This document shows, piece after piece, positions 10,635 to 19,150 of a stretch of DNA of 64,000 nucleotides. Each line of letters starts with the position of its first letter. The stretch's first letter is position 1. Both the position numbers and the translations under genes were made by a program. A model generated the notes under the pieces. The model ran no database searches. It was given only the letters and a program-made list of their open reading frames with translations, and was not told the DNA's origin. The stretch is from Helicobacteraceae bacterium (GTDB lineage Bacteria; Campylobacterota; Campylobacteria; Campylobacterales; SZUA-545): the NCBI GenBank assembly GCA_031258155.1, contig JAIRNH010000056.1, positions 4,872 to 68,871 of the forward strand, written 5' to 3'.

Positions 10635-11218
10635 CTACGCGATTACTGGATCGCTTAAAGCGCCAACTTCTACAAAAATATTGCGATTGGCGGTATCGCC
10701 TAAATCAAGCCGATCGTTGTTAGGTTCCGTAGCATAAACCTCGCCGTTTTTTGATAGCGCGAGGGAGTGATTGTCGCCGGTAATTCAGCGATAATGTTTT
10801 TGCCGCTTAAACTTGTAACTTCGGTAAAGGTTTTGCGGTTGGTTCCATAACCGCTATCGCCTAAACCAAGCTGACCATTGTTGTTGCGTCCCGCAGCATA
10901 AACCTTGTCGTCTTTTGATAGCGCAAGGAAGCGCTTGGAGCCGGCGGATATAGCGATAATTTCGGATTTAGTTTCGCCTTTGGCGCTGCTTTCGTTTTCC
11001 GAACCTTCGCTGTAGCCGCTTGAAGCAAACGAAATAAACGCGATCGTTAATAGTTTAATAGAAATAGAAAACAGTTTTTCAATCGGCGCTAAAACCGCCC
11101 GTTTAGTCAAAAGCGATTGTCCGCTATCATTTTTGTTAGCGGTTGGCGATAACAATCCGCGATCGCCAATTGATTTAGATCGCGTTAAACCGATCTTTCG
11201 CAAAAAAGACGATAACAC
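10635..11218 (-). pseudogene. RCC1-repeat (beta-propeller blade) lipoprotein-like gene, frameshifted and truncated
   Basis: ORF 10700-11218 has blades SKDDKVYAAGRNNNGQLGLGD. Near 10776-10790 the frame breaks. The next blade (GDNHSLALSKNGEVYATEPNNDRLDLGD...) continues in another frame to TAG at 10635-10637, which abuts a hairpin repeat. Lipobox Cys is replaced (FASSGY versus FALIGC in the paralogue at 54 kb). Confidence 0.7.
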
Positions 11219-11433
11219 GAAAACTCCTTCTATAACTAAAGATAAGGCTCTCGATAATGGCTATCTCTGACTTAAAGCGTTTAACAAAACCAAATTAGCG
11301 ACTGCTTTTTGTCGGATTGGCGTTTCGCGTGAATTACAGAGAAGCGGAAACGACAATTCGCGCGATCAAGCGCGATAAAACGGCGAACCAACCACTGCCA
11401 ACGTTTTAATGCGCGTTATACCGCGTATTTCTC

Positions 11434-11487
11434 GTCATACCCGCACGAAGCAAGCGCAAGCGCTTAGTAATCGAAGGCGTGTATCCA
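11434..11487. repeat. split hairpin repeat unit (GTCATACCCGC ... GCGTGTATCCA) with about 30 nt inserted in the loop
   Basis: arms match the ATACCC/GGGTAT variant seen at 53873-53899; loop contains AAGCGCTT palindrome. Confidence 0.5.
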
Positions 11488-11510
11488 GAAACGCAGAAGA
11501 ATAGAGAGAG

Positions 11511-11537
11511 ATGGATTCCCGCTTGCGCGGGAATGAC
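11511..11537. repeat. hairpin repeat unit, inverted orientation (ATGGATTCCC-GCTTGCGC-GGGAATGAC)
   Basis: ATTCCC-N8-GGGAAT at 11515-11534; reverse-complement arrangement of the 10491-10523 unit. Confidence 0.8.
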
Positions 11538-11771
11538 GGAAGCGCGGTTTCCGCTTTTCGGCGCGTTCTTGGTTTGTTATCGGCGCGCGGCGACGCTAAA
11601 GGACGCGCCTTTTTATTATCGCGGTTAATCGCGCAAGAGCTTCATATATGGCGACAATGCGCAACTATCCAACTCGCGCGCTTTTTAGATCGCCTAATAT
11701 CTCGTAAGCAAGTTTGCGATTGCGGGGTTTGGATTGGCTATGCGGCGGCGTAGATACGGCGCTAGGGCGTT

Positions 11772-13100
11772 CTAGGCGGCGTTGAACGTAAGGATAAACG
11801 ACGCGCCTTCGCCCTCTTTGCTTTTTAGCCTGATTTCGCCGTTATGAACCATAACGATATGTTTGACTATGGCAAGTCCAAGCCCCGTGCCGCCGGTTTT
11901 TTTGGATCGGGATTTATCCACGCGGTAGAAGCGCTCGAAAACGCGGCTTTGCGCCTCTTTGGGAATGCCTATGCCATTGTCGGCGATCGTTACAAAAATC
12001 TTGCCGTCGTTTTGCGTTATTTCAATCTCAATTAAGCCGTTTGGTTTGTTATATTTAACGGCGTTGTCGATCAGGTTGTAGAACGTTTCAAAGATCATCG
12101 ATCGCGCGCCGAGAATAACGCCGCCGCCTTTTAGCGTTACGCGCACTCCGCGCTCAAGCGACTTTAGCGCCAGCGCGTTTATCGCGTCGCTCGCAATCGC
12201 GTTTAGCTCGATCGGCGCGAACGACTCGGAGCGCTCGCCCTCGTCAAGCTCCGAAATTTTAATAATATCCTCGATCAGCGCGATCAGCCGCGCCGCCTCG
12301 TCTTTGATCTTTGCGTAAATCTCTCGTTTATCGCCCTTTTTTACCATATCGCCGCTAAGCATCTCCGCGTAGCCGTAAATGCTGGTCAGCGGCGTTTTCA
12401 GTTCGTGAGAGACGTTAGCGGAAAACTCGCGGCGCATCTCCACAAGTTTTGTCTTTTCAGCCAACTCCGTCTCGATCTGCTCGCGTTGCGCGGCGATGGT
12501 TTTGGCAAACGGCTCGAACTCTTTGTAGGGCGCCTCGAATTTGGCGTTTATATCCGCTTTGTTAATTGGGTCGATTATCTTTTGCGTAAGCCTGCTAGCC
12601 ATCGCGAAGGAGAGGACGATCATAACCGCCACCACGCCTATTATCGTTGGTATGGCGCTCGCAAACGCGCCAAAAACGCTGGAGGTCGTTATAGCCGCCC
12701 GCAGTATCGCGCCGTCGCTTAGTCTGATCGCGTAGTAGTAGGTCTCCTCTTTGATCGTATCGGAAAATCGTTTGGATTCGCCCGCGCCGTTTTTAAGCGC
12801 GGCGATAACCTCCTCGCGATCGGCGTGATTTGCGAGATCGACGGCGCTTACGAAGGCGTCGAACGCGACCGTTCCGTTTTGCTCTATTAAGCTAATTCGG
12901 ACGCGATCTTTGCCAACCAAGATCGCCTTTTGCGCCGCCGTTTTGGAGTTAGCGCCCACAAACGGCGCCAAGCGCTCTTTAAGCGTCGCGCGCGCCTCGT
13001 TCGCGACATGCGCGTAAAACGCGAGGCAAAGCGCCAACGCGCTCAATGTCAGCGTAACGGCGACCAACGCCGTCATATAGACGTATATCTGTCTTCTCAA
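11772..13100 (-). CDS. phoR: phosphate-regulon sensor histidine kinase
   Basis: 442 aa; two TM segments; H-box SHELKTPLTS; N-box IDNAVKY; G-box GTGLGLAIVK; last gene of the pst-phoU-phoB cluster. Confidence 0.85.
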   Translation of the reverse strand: MRRQIYVYMTALVAVTLTLSALALCLAFYAHVANEARATLKERLAPFVGANSKTAAQKAILVGKDRVRISLIEQNGTVAFDAFVSAVDLANHADREEVIAALKNGAGESKRFSDTIKEETYYYAIRLSDGAILRAAITTSSVFGAFASAIPTIIGVVAVMIVLSFAMASRLTQKIIDPINKADINAKFEAPYKEFEPFAKTIAAQREQIETELAEKTKLVEMRREFSANVSHELKTPLTSIYGYAEMLSGDMVKKGDKREIYAKIKDEAARLIALIEDIIKISELDEGERSESFAPIELNAIASDAINALALKSLERGVRVTLKGGGVILGARSMIFETFYNLIDNAVKYNKPNGLIEIEITQNDGKIFVTIADNGIGIPKEAQSRVFERFYRVDKSRSKKTGGTGLGLAIVKHIVMVHNGEIRLKSKEGEGASFILTFNAA

Positions 13101-13148
13101 TAGTTAGTCTTTGGCGTCTTTGCGACGCGATAGCCTCAAAATTATACG

Positions 13149-13832
13149 CTAATCTTTGATCGTATAGCCTACGTTTCGGACGGTTTTTATCAGATCGCCC
13201 GCGCCCGCGAGCTTATGGCGCAACGATTTAATATGCATATCCACCGTGCGGCTTTCGCCTAGATAATCAAACCCCCACACCTGTTCAAGCAGCATATTTC
13301 GCGTGAGGACGACGCCTTTGGCGCTCATCATATATTTAAGCAGCTCAAACTCCTTGTAGGTTAGCGCGATCTCTTTTTGATTGACGAACACCGCGCGGCG
13401 ATCCGCGCGCAAGGTAATCGCGCCGATTACGACCTCGTCCGCTTTTTCCTCGCCGCATCTTCGTAAAACCGCTTTGATTCGCGCGATCACCTCCAAAACC
13501 GAAAACGGCTTTGCCACATAGTCGTCCGCGCCTAGATCAAGCCCTTTGATCCTGTCCATCTCCGAGCCTCTAGCGGTGAGCATAATAACGGGCGTGGTTT
13601 TGGTCTGTTCGTTAAGTTTTAGTTTTTTCAAAATAGAAATGCCGTCCTCGTCGGGCAGCATAATATCCAGCAAAATCAACGATGGCGTTTGCGTTTCCAG
13701 CGCCCTGCGAAAGGCGATCGCGTCGGCGAAGCCTTCGGCTTTGAAACCTGCGGAGTTCAGCGCGTATAACGCCATTTCGCGGATATTGTCGTCGTCCTCC
13801 ACCATAAAAACGCTTCGCGTTTTTTTGCTCAC
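13149..13832 (-). CDS. phoB: phosphate-regulon response regulator (OmpR/PhoB family)
   Basis: 227 aa; receiver domain (LLDIMLPDEDG); winged-helix output (TVDMHIKSLRHKL...VRNVGYT). Confidence 0.9.
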   Translation of the reverse strand: MSKKTRSVFMVEDDDNIREMALYALNSAGFKAEGFADAIAFRRALETQTPSLILLDIMLPDEDGISILKKLKLNEQTKTTPVIMLTARGSEMDRIKGLDLGADDYVAKPFSVLEVIARIKAVLRRCGEEKADEVVIGAITLRADRRAVFVNQKEIALTYKEFELLKYMMSAKGVVLTRNMLLEQVWGFDYLGESRTVDMHIKSLRHKLAGAGDLIKTVRNVGYTIKD

Positions 13833-13834
13833 GC

Positions 13835-14494
13835 CTAAAAAACCCGCCTGTTTTTATGCGTTCCGTCGATCGAAAATATAACCCACTCGGCTATATTTAC
13901 GGCGTGATCGCCGATACGCTCGTAATATTTAGCGATCTGTAACAAATCTATAATCTCCTCTCCCCGATCGGGGTCCTTATGCACAAGAGCGATTGTATCC
14001 TTTTTTGCCGTTAAGTATAGGTTATCCACTATATCGTCGTTCGCTATCACCGCCTGCGCCAGCGCCATATCTTTTTTTACATACGCTTTAACGCTGTTCG
14101 TTACCATCATAATCGTGTTATCAGCCATCTGAGATACCAGCGCGAGGTTTTTGGAGCGCTCCCGATCGGAGAGATAGACGCTTAGCTCGGCTATATCCGC
14201 CGCCTGATCGGCTATGCGCTCCATATCGGTGATCATCTTGAGCGCGGCGGAGACCTGCCGCAGATCGCCCGCCACAGGTTGCTGTTTTAGCAGCAGTTTC
14301 AGGCAGAGGCTTTCGATCTCGCGCTCTTTGTCGTCGATCGCGTCGTCGCCCTCGATCACGGCTCGCGCCGCTTCCAGATCGCGCGTTTGGAGCGCTTTTG
14401 TCGCTTTGGTTATAGCGCGCTCTATCAGCGCGCCCATCTCGATCATGCTTACGTTTAGCCGCGATAGTTGTTCGTCGAAGTTCTTGCGCATCAT
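13835..14494 (-). CDS. phoU: phosphate signalling complex protein PhoU
   Basis: 219 aa; duplicated PhoU helical repeats; located between pstB and phoB. Confidence 0.9.
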   Translation of the reverse strand: MMRKNFDEQLSRLNVSMIEMGALIERAITKATKALQTRDLEAARAVIEGDDAIDDKEREIESLCLKLLLKQQPVAGDLRQVSAALKMITDMERIADQAADIAELSVYLSDRERSKNLALVSQMADNTIMMVTNSVKAYVKKDMALAQAVIANDDIVDNLYLTAKKDTIALVHKDPDRGEEIIDLLQIAKYYERIGDHAVNIAEWVIFSIDGTHKNRRVF

Positions 14495-15249
14495 CCAAAT
14501 CTCCCCGTAATGTAATCTTCCGTGCGCTTATCCTTAGGCGTGGCGAAGATCGTTTCGGTTTTATCGTATTCAATCGCCTCGCCCAAAAGAAAAAACGCCG
14601 TTTTGTCGCTTATTCTCGCCGCCTGTTGCATATTGTGCGTTACGATCGCGATCGTATATTTTTCGCATAGCTGGATCAGCAAATCCTCGATTTTGCCCGT
14701 GGAGATCGGATCGAGCGCGCTTGTCGGCTCGTCGAGTAGCAGCGCCTCTGGCTGAACGGCTAGAGCGCGCGCTATGCAAAGACGCTGCTGCTGACCGCCC
14801 GATAGTCCTAGCGCGGGCTTTTTGAGGCGATCTTTCGCCTCCTCCCACATCGCGGCGTTTCGTAGCGAAGTCTCCACGATCTCGTCTAACGCGCGGCGCG
14901 ATCTAACGCCGTGCGTGCGCGCTCCAAAAGCGATATTGTCATAAACGCTCATAGGGAACGGATTTGGTTTTTGGAAAACCATTCCGACCCGTTTTCGCAG
15001 CAGATTTACGTCCATATTGTCGTATATGTTCTCTCCGAATAGCTTCGTCTCGCCCGTTATAACGCACCCGTCGATCAGATCGTTCATACGATTGAGCGTC
15101 CTTAGCAACGTCGATTTTCCGCAACCGGAGGGTCCGATAAACGCCGTTATCTCGTTCTTTTCTATCGTCATATTCACCGATTTGAGCGCGTGAAAATCGC
15201 CGTAGTAAAGATTCACGTCGTTGATTTCAAAACAGTCGTTCATGCTCAT
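14491..15249 (-). CDS. pstB: phosphate ABC transporter ATP-binding protein
   Basis: 252 aa; Walker [10 protein letters not shown]; signature LSGGQQQRL; Walker [12 protein letters not shown]. Confidence 0.95.
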   Translation of the reverse strand: MSMNDCFEINDVNLYYGDFHALKSVNMTIEKNEITAFIGPSGCGKSTLLRTLNRMNDLIDGCVITGETKLFGENIYDNMDVNLLRKRVGMVFQKPNPFPMSVYDNIAFGARTHGVRSRRALDEIVETSLRNAAMWEEAKDRLKKPALGLSGGQQQRLCIARALAVQPEALLLDEPTSALDPISTGKIEDLLIQLCEKYTIAIVTHNMQQAARISDKTAFFLLGEAIEYDKTETIFATPKDKRTEDYITGRFG

Positions 15250-16076
15250 GCCGCGCCGCCTCCCGCCTTTTTTGCTATATACGCCGAAATCGCGTTGATT
15301 ACGATTACAATCGCAAGCAACGCCGCCGCGGTGGCGTAACCCTCGTCGATATGCAGCCCCTCGCTAGAGAGCGCGTACATATGCACCGAAAGCGTCCGCG
15401 CCGATTCCATCGGGCTTGCGGGTATCTGCGCCACCGTCCCCGCCGTATAGACTAGCGCCGCCGTTTCGCCGACGATTCGCCCGATCGCGAGCGTAATACC
15501 CGCGAATATGCCGCCCATCGCCGTTGGAAGCGCGATCTTCACAATCATTCGCAACTTGCCTGCGCCAAGCCCAAACGCGCCCTCGCGGTAAGCGTCGGGG
15601 ACCGCCTTGAGCGCCTCTTCGCTCGCTCGCATAATCAACGGCAGGATCATAATCGCCAGCGTAAAAGCGCCTGAAAGCAACGAAAACCCCCACCCAAGAA
15701 AAACGACGAAAAAGAGCAGTCCGAACAACCCGTGAATAATCGACGGAATGCCCGAAAGCGTTTCGGCGGTCGTCCGCGCTATTTTTGAGGCGATACTATC
15801 GCGTCTAGCGTATTCCGAAAGGTAGATCGCCGCGCTTACGCCAAACGGAACGGAGATAACTAAAGCAAGCGCCATCATCATCGCCGTAGAGATTATCGCG
15901 GGCGTCATCGAAGCGTTTTCGCTCGTGTATTCCAACGCAAAGATCGAAGGTTGCAGGTGCGGAACGCCTTTGAACAGAATAAATCCGACGATAAAAACCA
16001 ACGCCGCGATCGTAGTCAGCGCCGCGCTCCACACGACAAACGCCGTAACGCGCTCGAAAAATTTGTCGCTTTTCAT
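15246..16076 (-). CDS. pstA: phosphate ABC transporter permease PstA
   Basis: 276 aa; multi-TM BPD-type permease; overlaps pstB and pstC by 4 nt. Confidence 0.9.
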   Translation of the reverse strand: MKSDKFFERVTAFVVWSAALTTIAALVFIVGFILFKGVPHLQPSIFALEYTSENASMTPAIISTAMMMALALVISVPFGVSAAIYLSEYARRDSIASKIARTTAETLSGIPSIIHGLFGLLFFVVFLGWGFSLLSGAFTLAIMILPLIMRASEEALKAVPDAYREGAFGLGAGKLRMIVKIALPTAMGGIFAGITLAIGRIVGETAALVYTAGTVAQIPASPMESARTLSVHMYALSSEGLHIDEGYATAAALLAIVIVINAISAYIAKKAGGGAA

Positions 16077-16927
16077 CTAACGCTCCTATTGGCGAGCGCC
16101 GAAAAACTAAGGTTGATTATTAGGATAAAAACGAACAAAACAACCCCCGTAGCTATCAGCGCCTCGCGGTGAAGATCGGCGGCGTATCCCATCTCGATCA
16201 CGATATTCGCCGTTAGCGTGCGAACCCCGTCCATAATGGAACCCGGCATTCTAGCTTGGTTGCCCGCCACCATAATTACCGCCATCGTTTCGCCGATCGC
16301 GCGTCCGATACCTAGCGCGACGGCGGCTAACACGCCCGATTTAGCCGCGGGCAACAGCACAAAGAAAATAGCTCTGTAACGTCCCGCGCCTAAAGCCAGC
16401 GCGCCTTCGTAGTAGTTGTCGGGAACGGCGCGAACGGCGCTTTCGGAGATCTCTATAATGGTCGGCAGTATCATCACGCCGAGCAGAATGCTCGCGGATA
16501 GTATGCTAGCGCCCGTTACGGGTATAAGAATTATCATCGCGACAAAGCCATAAACCACCGACGGAATGCCCGCCAGCAACTGCACGACGGGTTTTACGAT
16601 TCTGTAGGGTTTGCGCGGACAGATTCGCGCTAGAAAAACCGCCGTAAGCGTCCCGATCGGCGCTCCGATAATAATCGCCCCCGCGGTTACATAGAGACTT
16701 CCGACTATCATCGGAAACACGCCAAACAGCGGCGGTTCGTCCGTAGGCGACCACTCCTCGCCGAAGATAAAGTTGAAAAACCCTATCTCGGCTATAGCGG
16801 GAACGCCGTTGAAAAACAGGAAGAAACAGATCAGCAGAACCGCCAACACCGACGCGAGCGCCGAACACAGAAAGACGACGCTCGCGATTTTCTCCTTTAA
16901 GCCGCTCATTTGAGCGCTTCGTTCCAC
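16073..16927 (-). CDS. pstC: phosphate ABC transporter permease PstC
   Basis: 284 aa; multi-TM BPD-type permease. Confidence 0.9.
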   Translation of the reverse strand: MERSAQMSGLKEKIASVVFLCSALASVLAVLLICFFLFFNGVPAIAEIGFFNFIFGEEWSPTDEPPLFGVFPMIVGSLYVTAGAIIIGAPIGTLTAVFLARICPRKPYRIVKPVVQLLAGIPSVVYGFVAMIILIPVTGASILSASILLGVMILPTIIEISESAVRAVPDNYYEGALALGAGRYRAIFFVLLPAAKSGVLAAVALGIGRAIGETMAVIMVAGNQARMPGSIMDGVRTLTANIVIEMGYAADLHREALIATGVVLFVFILIINLSFSALANRSVR

Positions 16928-17772
16928 TTAGTCGTTTTGCCTGAGAAGATGGATTTAACCTGATCTTTCGTCAGGTTGTCCAGCGGGTTTTCCTTATTGA
17001 CGATCACCACCACGCCGTCAAGCGCGATCTGCGTCGCCGCCAGTTTTTGCAACTCGCTCGCTTTGAGTTCGCGGCTTGCCATGCCTATATCGCACGTCCC
17101 CTCGATCGCCGCGTTTATACCCGCCGACGAATCGCTCATCTGAATCTCGATCTTGGCGTTTTTATTGACAAGCAGATACGCCTCGCGCAGTTTTTCCATC
17201 ACGGGCGTAACCGACGAGGAGCCGGCGACTACGATCTTGCCGCTTAGCGTCGAGCCGCCGAAAGGCTTGGCGTCGTCGTTGATCGCTATGTAGTTTTTGG
17301 CGATTACGGCTTGCCCCTCTTTGGAGAGGATAAAGTCGATGAAGCTTTGCGCGAGCGGCGAAATCCCGCTTTTGACCGCGATGTTGAACGGGCGCGCGAT
17401 CTTATACGAGCCGTTTTTGATATTCGCGCTCGATGGCGACACGCCGTCGATCTTGACCGGTTTGATCGTGGAGTTTAGCGAGCCTAGCGAAATATAACCG
17501 ATCGCGTATCGATCGGACGCGATATTGGTCATCATCACGTCGGTTTGCTTGGCGATGATCGCCTCTTTGGTGGTCGTGTCTTTTTTCTTGCCGTCGGCGG
17601 TTTTCTCCTCCACGCCGAAAAGCTCCACAAACGCGCCTCTGGTGCCTGAACCGCTCTCGCGCGAAACGACATTCACGCCCTTTGCCGCGTCAAACGCCGC
17701 CGCTTGGACGCTTGTTTGCCATACGCCGCTTAGCAGACAGACTGCCGCCAGCGATTTTAGTGCCTTGTTCAT
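16906..17772 (-). CDS. pstS: phosphate ABC transporter substrate-binding protein
   Basis: 288 aa; signal peptide; SGSGTRGAF phosphate-binding loop; first gene of the operon. Confidence 0.9.
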   Translation of the reverse strand: MNKALKSLAAVCLLSGVWQTSVQAAAFDAAKGVNVVSRESGSGTRGAFVELFGVEEKTADGKKKDTTTKEAIIAKQTDVMMTNIASDRYAIGYISLGSLNSTIKPVKIDGVSPSSANIKNGSYKIARPFNIAVKSGISPLAQSFIDFILSKEGQAVIAKNYIAINDDAKPFGGSTLSGKIVVAGSSSVTPVMEKLREAYLLVNKNAKIEIQMSDSSAGINAAIEGTCDIGMASRELKASELQKLAATQIALDGVVVIVNKENPLDNLTKDQVKSIFSGKTTKWNEALK

Positions 17773-17840
17773 CTATAGCCTCCTTTTTGATTTGCGAAAA
17801 AATCATAGACGCGCAATATATAGGGCGTAAGAGGCTGCAA

Positions 17841-17861
17841 GTAAAAATTAGGTAAAAAAAA
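17841..17861 (-). promoter_or_regulatory. candidate Pho box: direct repeat TTTTTAC-N4-TTTTTAC (minus strand), 11-bp register
   Basis: read on the minus strand 69-89 nt upstream of the pstS ATG; about 20 nt upstream of a TATATT -10-like hexamer (17815-17820). Confidence 0.35.
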
Positions 17862-18010
17862 CGAAACGCGGCTTAGGTTATCGGCGCGGTTTGCGAAAGA
17901 TCGCCTCTTTTCGGGCGATAATTTTGCCGATATGTATCGCGCGGAGAGTCAAAATCGGCGCTTTGGCGAGTTTTTTGCTTTTATCCGCTACGCCACAAAA
18001 GGAGTGTGTT

Positions 18011-18256
18011 ATGAGTTCGCTATCGTTTTTCGATCCGATAAAGGTCGCGCTGGACTTTCTAGCCATTCAAGCCGACAATATGAGCGGCAAGAGGCTTGAA
18101 ATAGGCTTTCTGCACTCGAATGAAAAACTGCTGATCGCCAAGCTGATCGTAGATAAGAAGGCGCTCAAAGCCTTCTACGCGCAAAGCGAAAACGAGCCTC
18201 TGCAAGAGTTTTCGCCTAGCAAACTGCTTGACGTGGGCGGCGTTAAAATTATCTGA
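18011..18256 (+). CDS. small hypothetical protein (81 aa)
   Basis: internal ATG of track ORF 17891-18256, preceded by AAGGAG at a 6-nt spacing; divergent from pstS. Confidence 0.5.
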   Translation: MSSLSFFDPIKVALDFLAIQADNMSGKRLEIGFLHSNEKLLIAKLIVDKKALKAFYAQSENEPLQEFSPSKLLDVGGVKII

Positions 18257-18996
18257 ACCGCTTGCGTTCCGATTTGCGCGCTACCGAGCGGATACGTCGG
18301 CTATAACTCGCTTTTCCTTGAAATAGGGTTATTTAAAAGATTAAACGTTATCGTCGCTCAAATAAGCGGGGACGAAACCGTTCTAAATATAGAAATCGTC
18401 GATTATTGCGGAAACCAAACGCTTATGCGCTTGAAATATGGGCTACTACGAAAGATCGTCCGTTAAGCGAAAGGACGTTTTGAATATGGCTACGGCAAAA
18501 CTCCGCGACAAAGGGCGGCTATTCAAGACATGGCTTGTCGGCGCGTTACGGCGTTATCCATAGTCTTGCTTGGTTTAATTATCGCCGTTTGGGACACAAT
18601 ATCAGAAATGGAAAGGGGGGCGCAAATACGCAAGAGGCTCCCTTAGCGATCGTAACGATCGGATTTATAGCCGCGTTGGAGGCGATAATGGTCTTAACCT
18701 ACAAGCCGTCCTATAGCGGCGATCGCAAACGCGATCAAATCGGCAAGGCGGCTTAGTCCGCATCCGCGCGCTAGTTTATTTATTTTGCCTTCGCGCAAAG
18801 GTAATCGATAAGCCGTTGTTTTTAGTATCTCTCGGCGAATGTTACGGCTTTTCTACGCAAGAGCAAGAGTCGATTGCTTTGTTTAATCGCGGACGCTCCA
18901 AAAACGCGTTCGCAAAGCAGCCGAGCCAATCGCGTTTTATTTAGTTTTAAGCCGTTTTCTGGCATAGTGACCCATATTTCACAAAAGGAGTCGCTT

Positions 18997-19065
18997 ATGC
19001 AGACCGCGCCAATTTCAACTTTCGTCGTTTTCGTCTTTTCGCTCCTACTACTACCCGTTCTATAA
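18997..19065 (+). CDS. candidate 22-aa mini-ORF / leader peptide MQTAPISTFVVFVFSLLLLPVL
   Basis: ATG preceded by AAGGAG at a 6-nt spacing; four consecutive Leu codons plus Val/Phe-rich stretch; ends 85 nt upstream of the LeuA-like gene. Confidence 0.35.
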   Translation: MQTAPISTFVVFVFSLLLLPVL

Positions 19066-19150
19066 CCCTTTTTTAACCCGTTTCAAGTTCAAACCGAGCT
19101 TTAACTAGCTCTTCGCCTATCGGCGTTTATCATTTATTAAGGATCAAAAA

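Noticed and set aside
11511-11753. 80-aa ORF starting MDSRLRGNDG
   Set aside because: Its N-terminus is simply the translation of a hairpin repeat unit (11511-37). The rest is Arg-rich intergenic sequence. This is a typical repeat-derived artefact.
14121-14573. 150-aa alternative-frame ORF inside phoU/pstB, and many similar 60-130-aa ORFs across the track (e.g. 16506-16868, 4398-4733, 25314-25586, 52856-53092)
   Set aside because: They are embedded in or antisense to genes with clear motifs, and are dominated by Arg/Ala/Gly/Ser as expected from G+C-rich shadow frames.
18257-18996. 740-bp gap with ORF 18535-18756 (73 aa) and broken hydrophobic frames; possible pseudogene or sRNA locus
   Set aside because: Three short hydrophobic frames can be chained only by assuming several frameshifts, and no motif was recognised. 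It is left unannotated rather than called.
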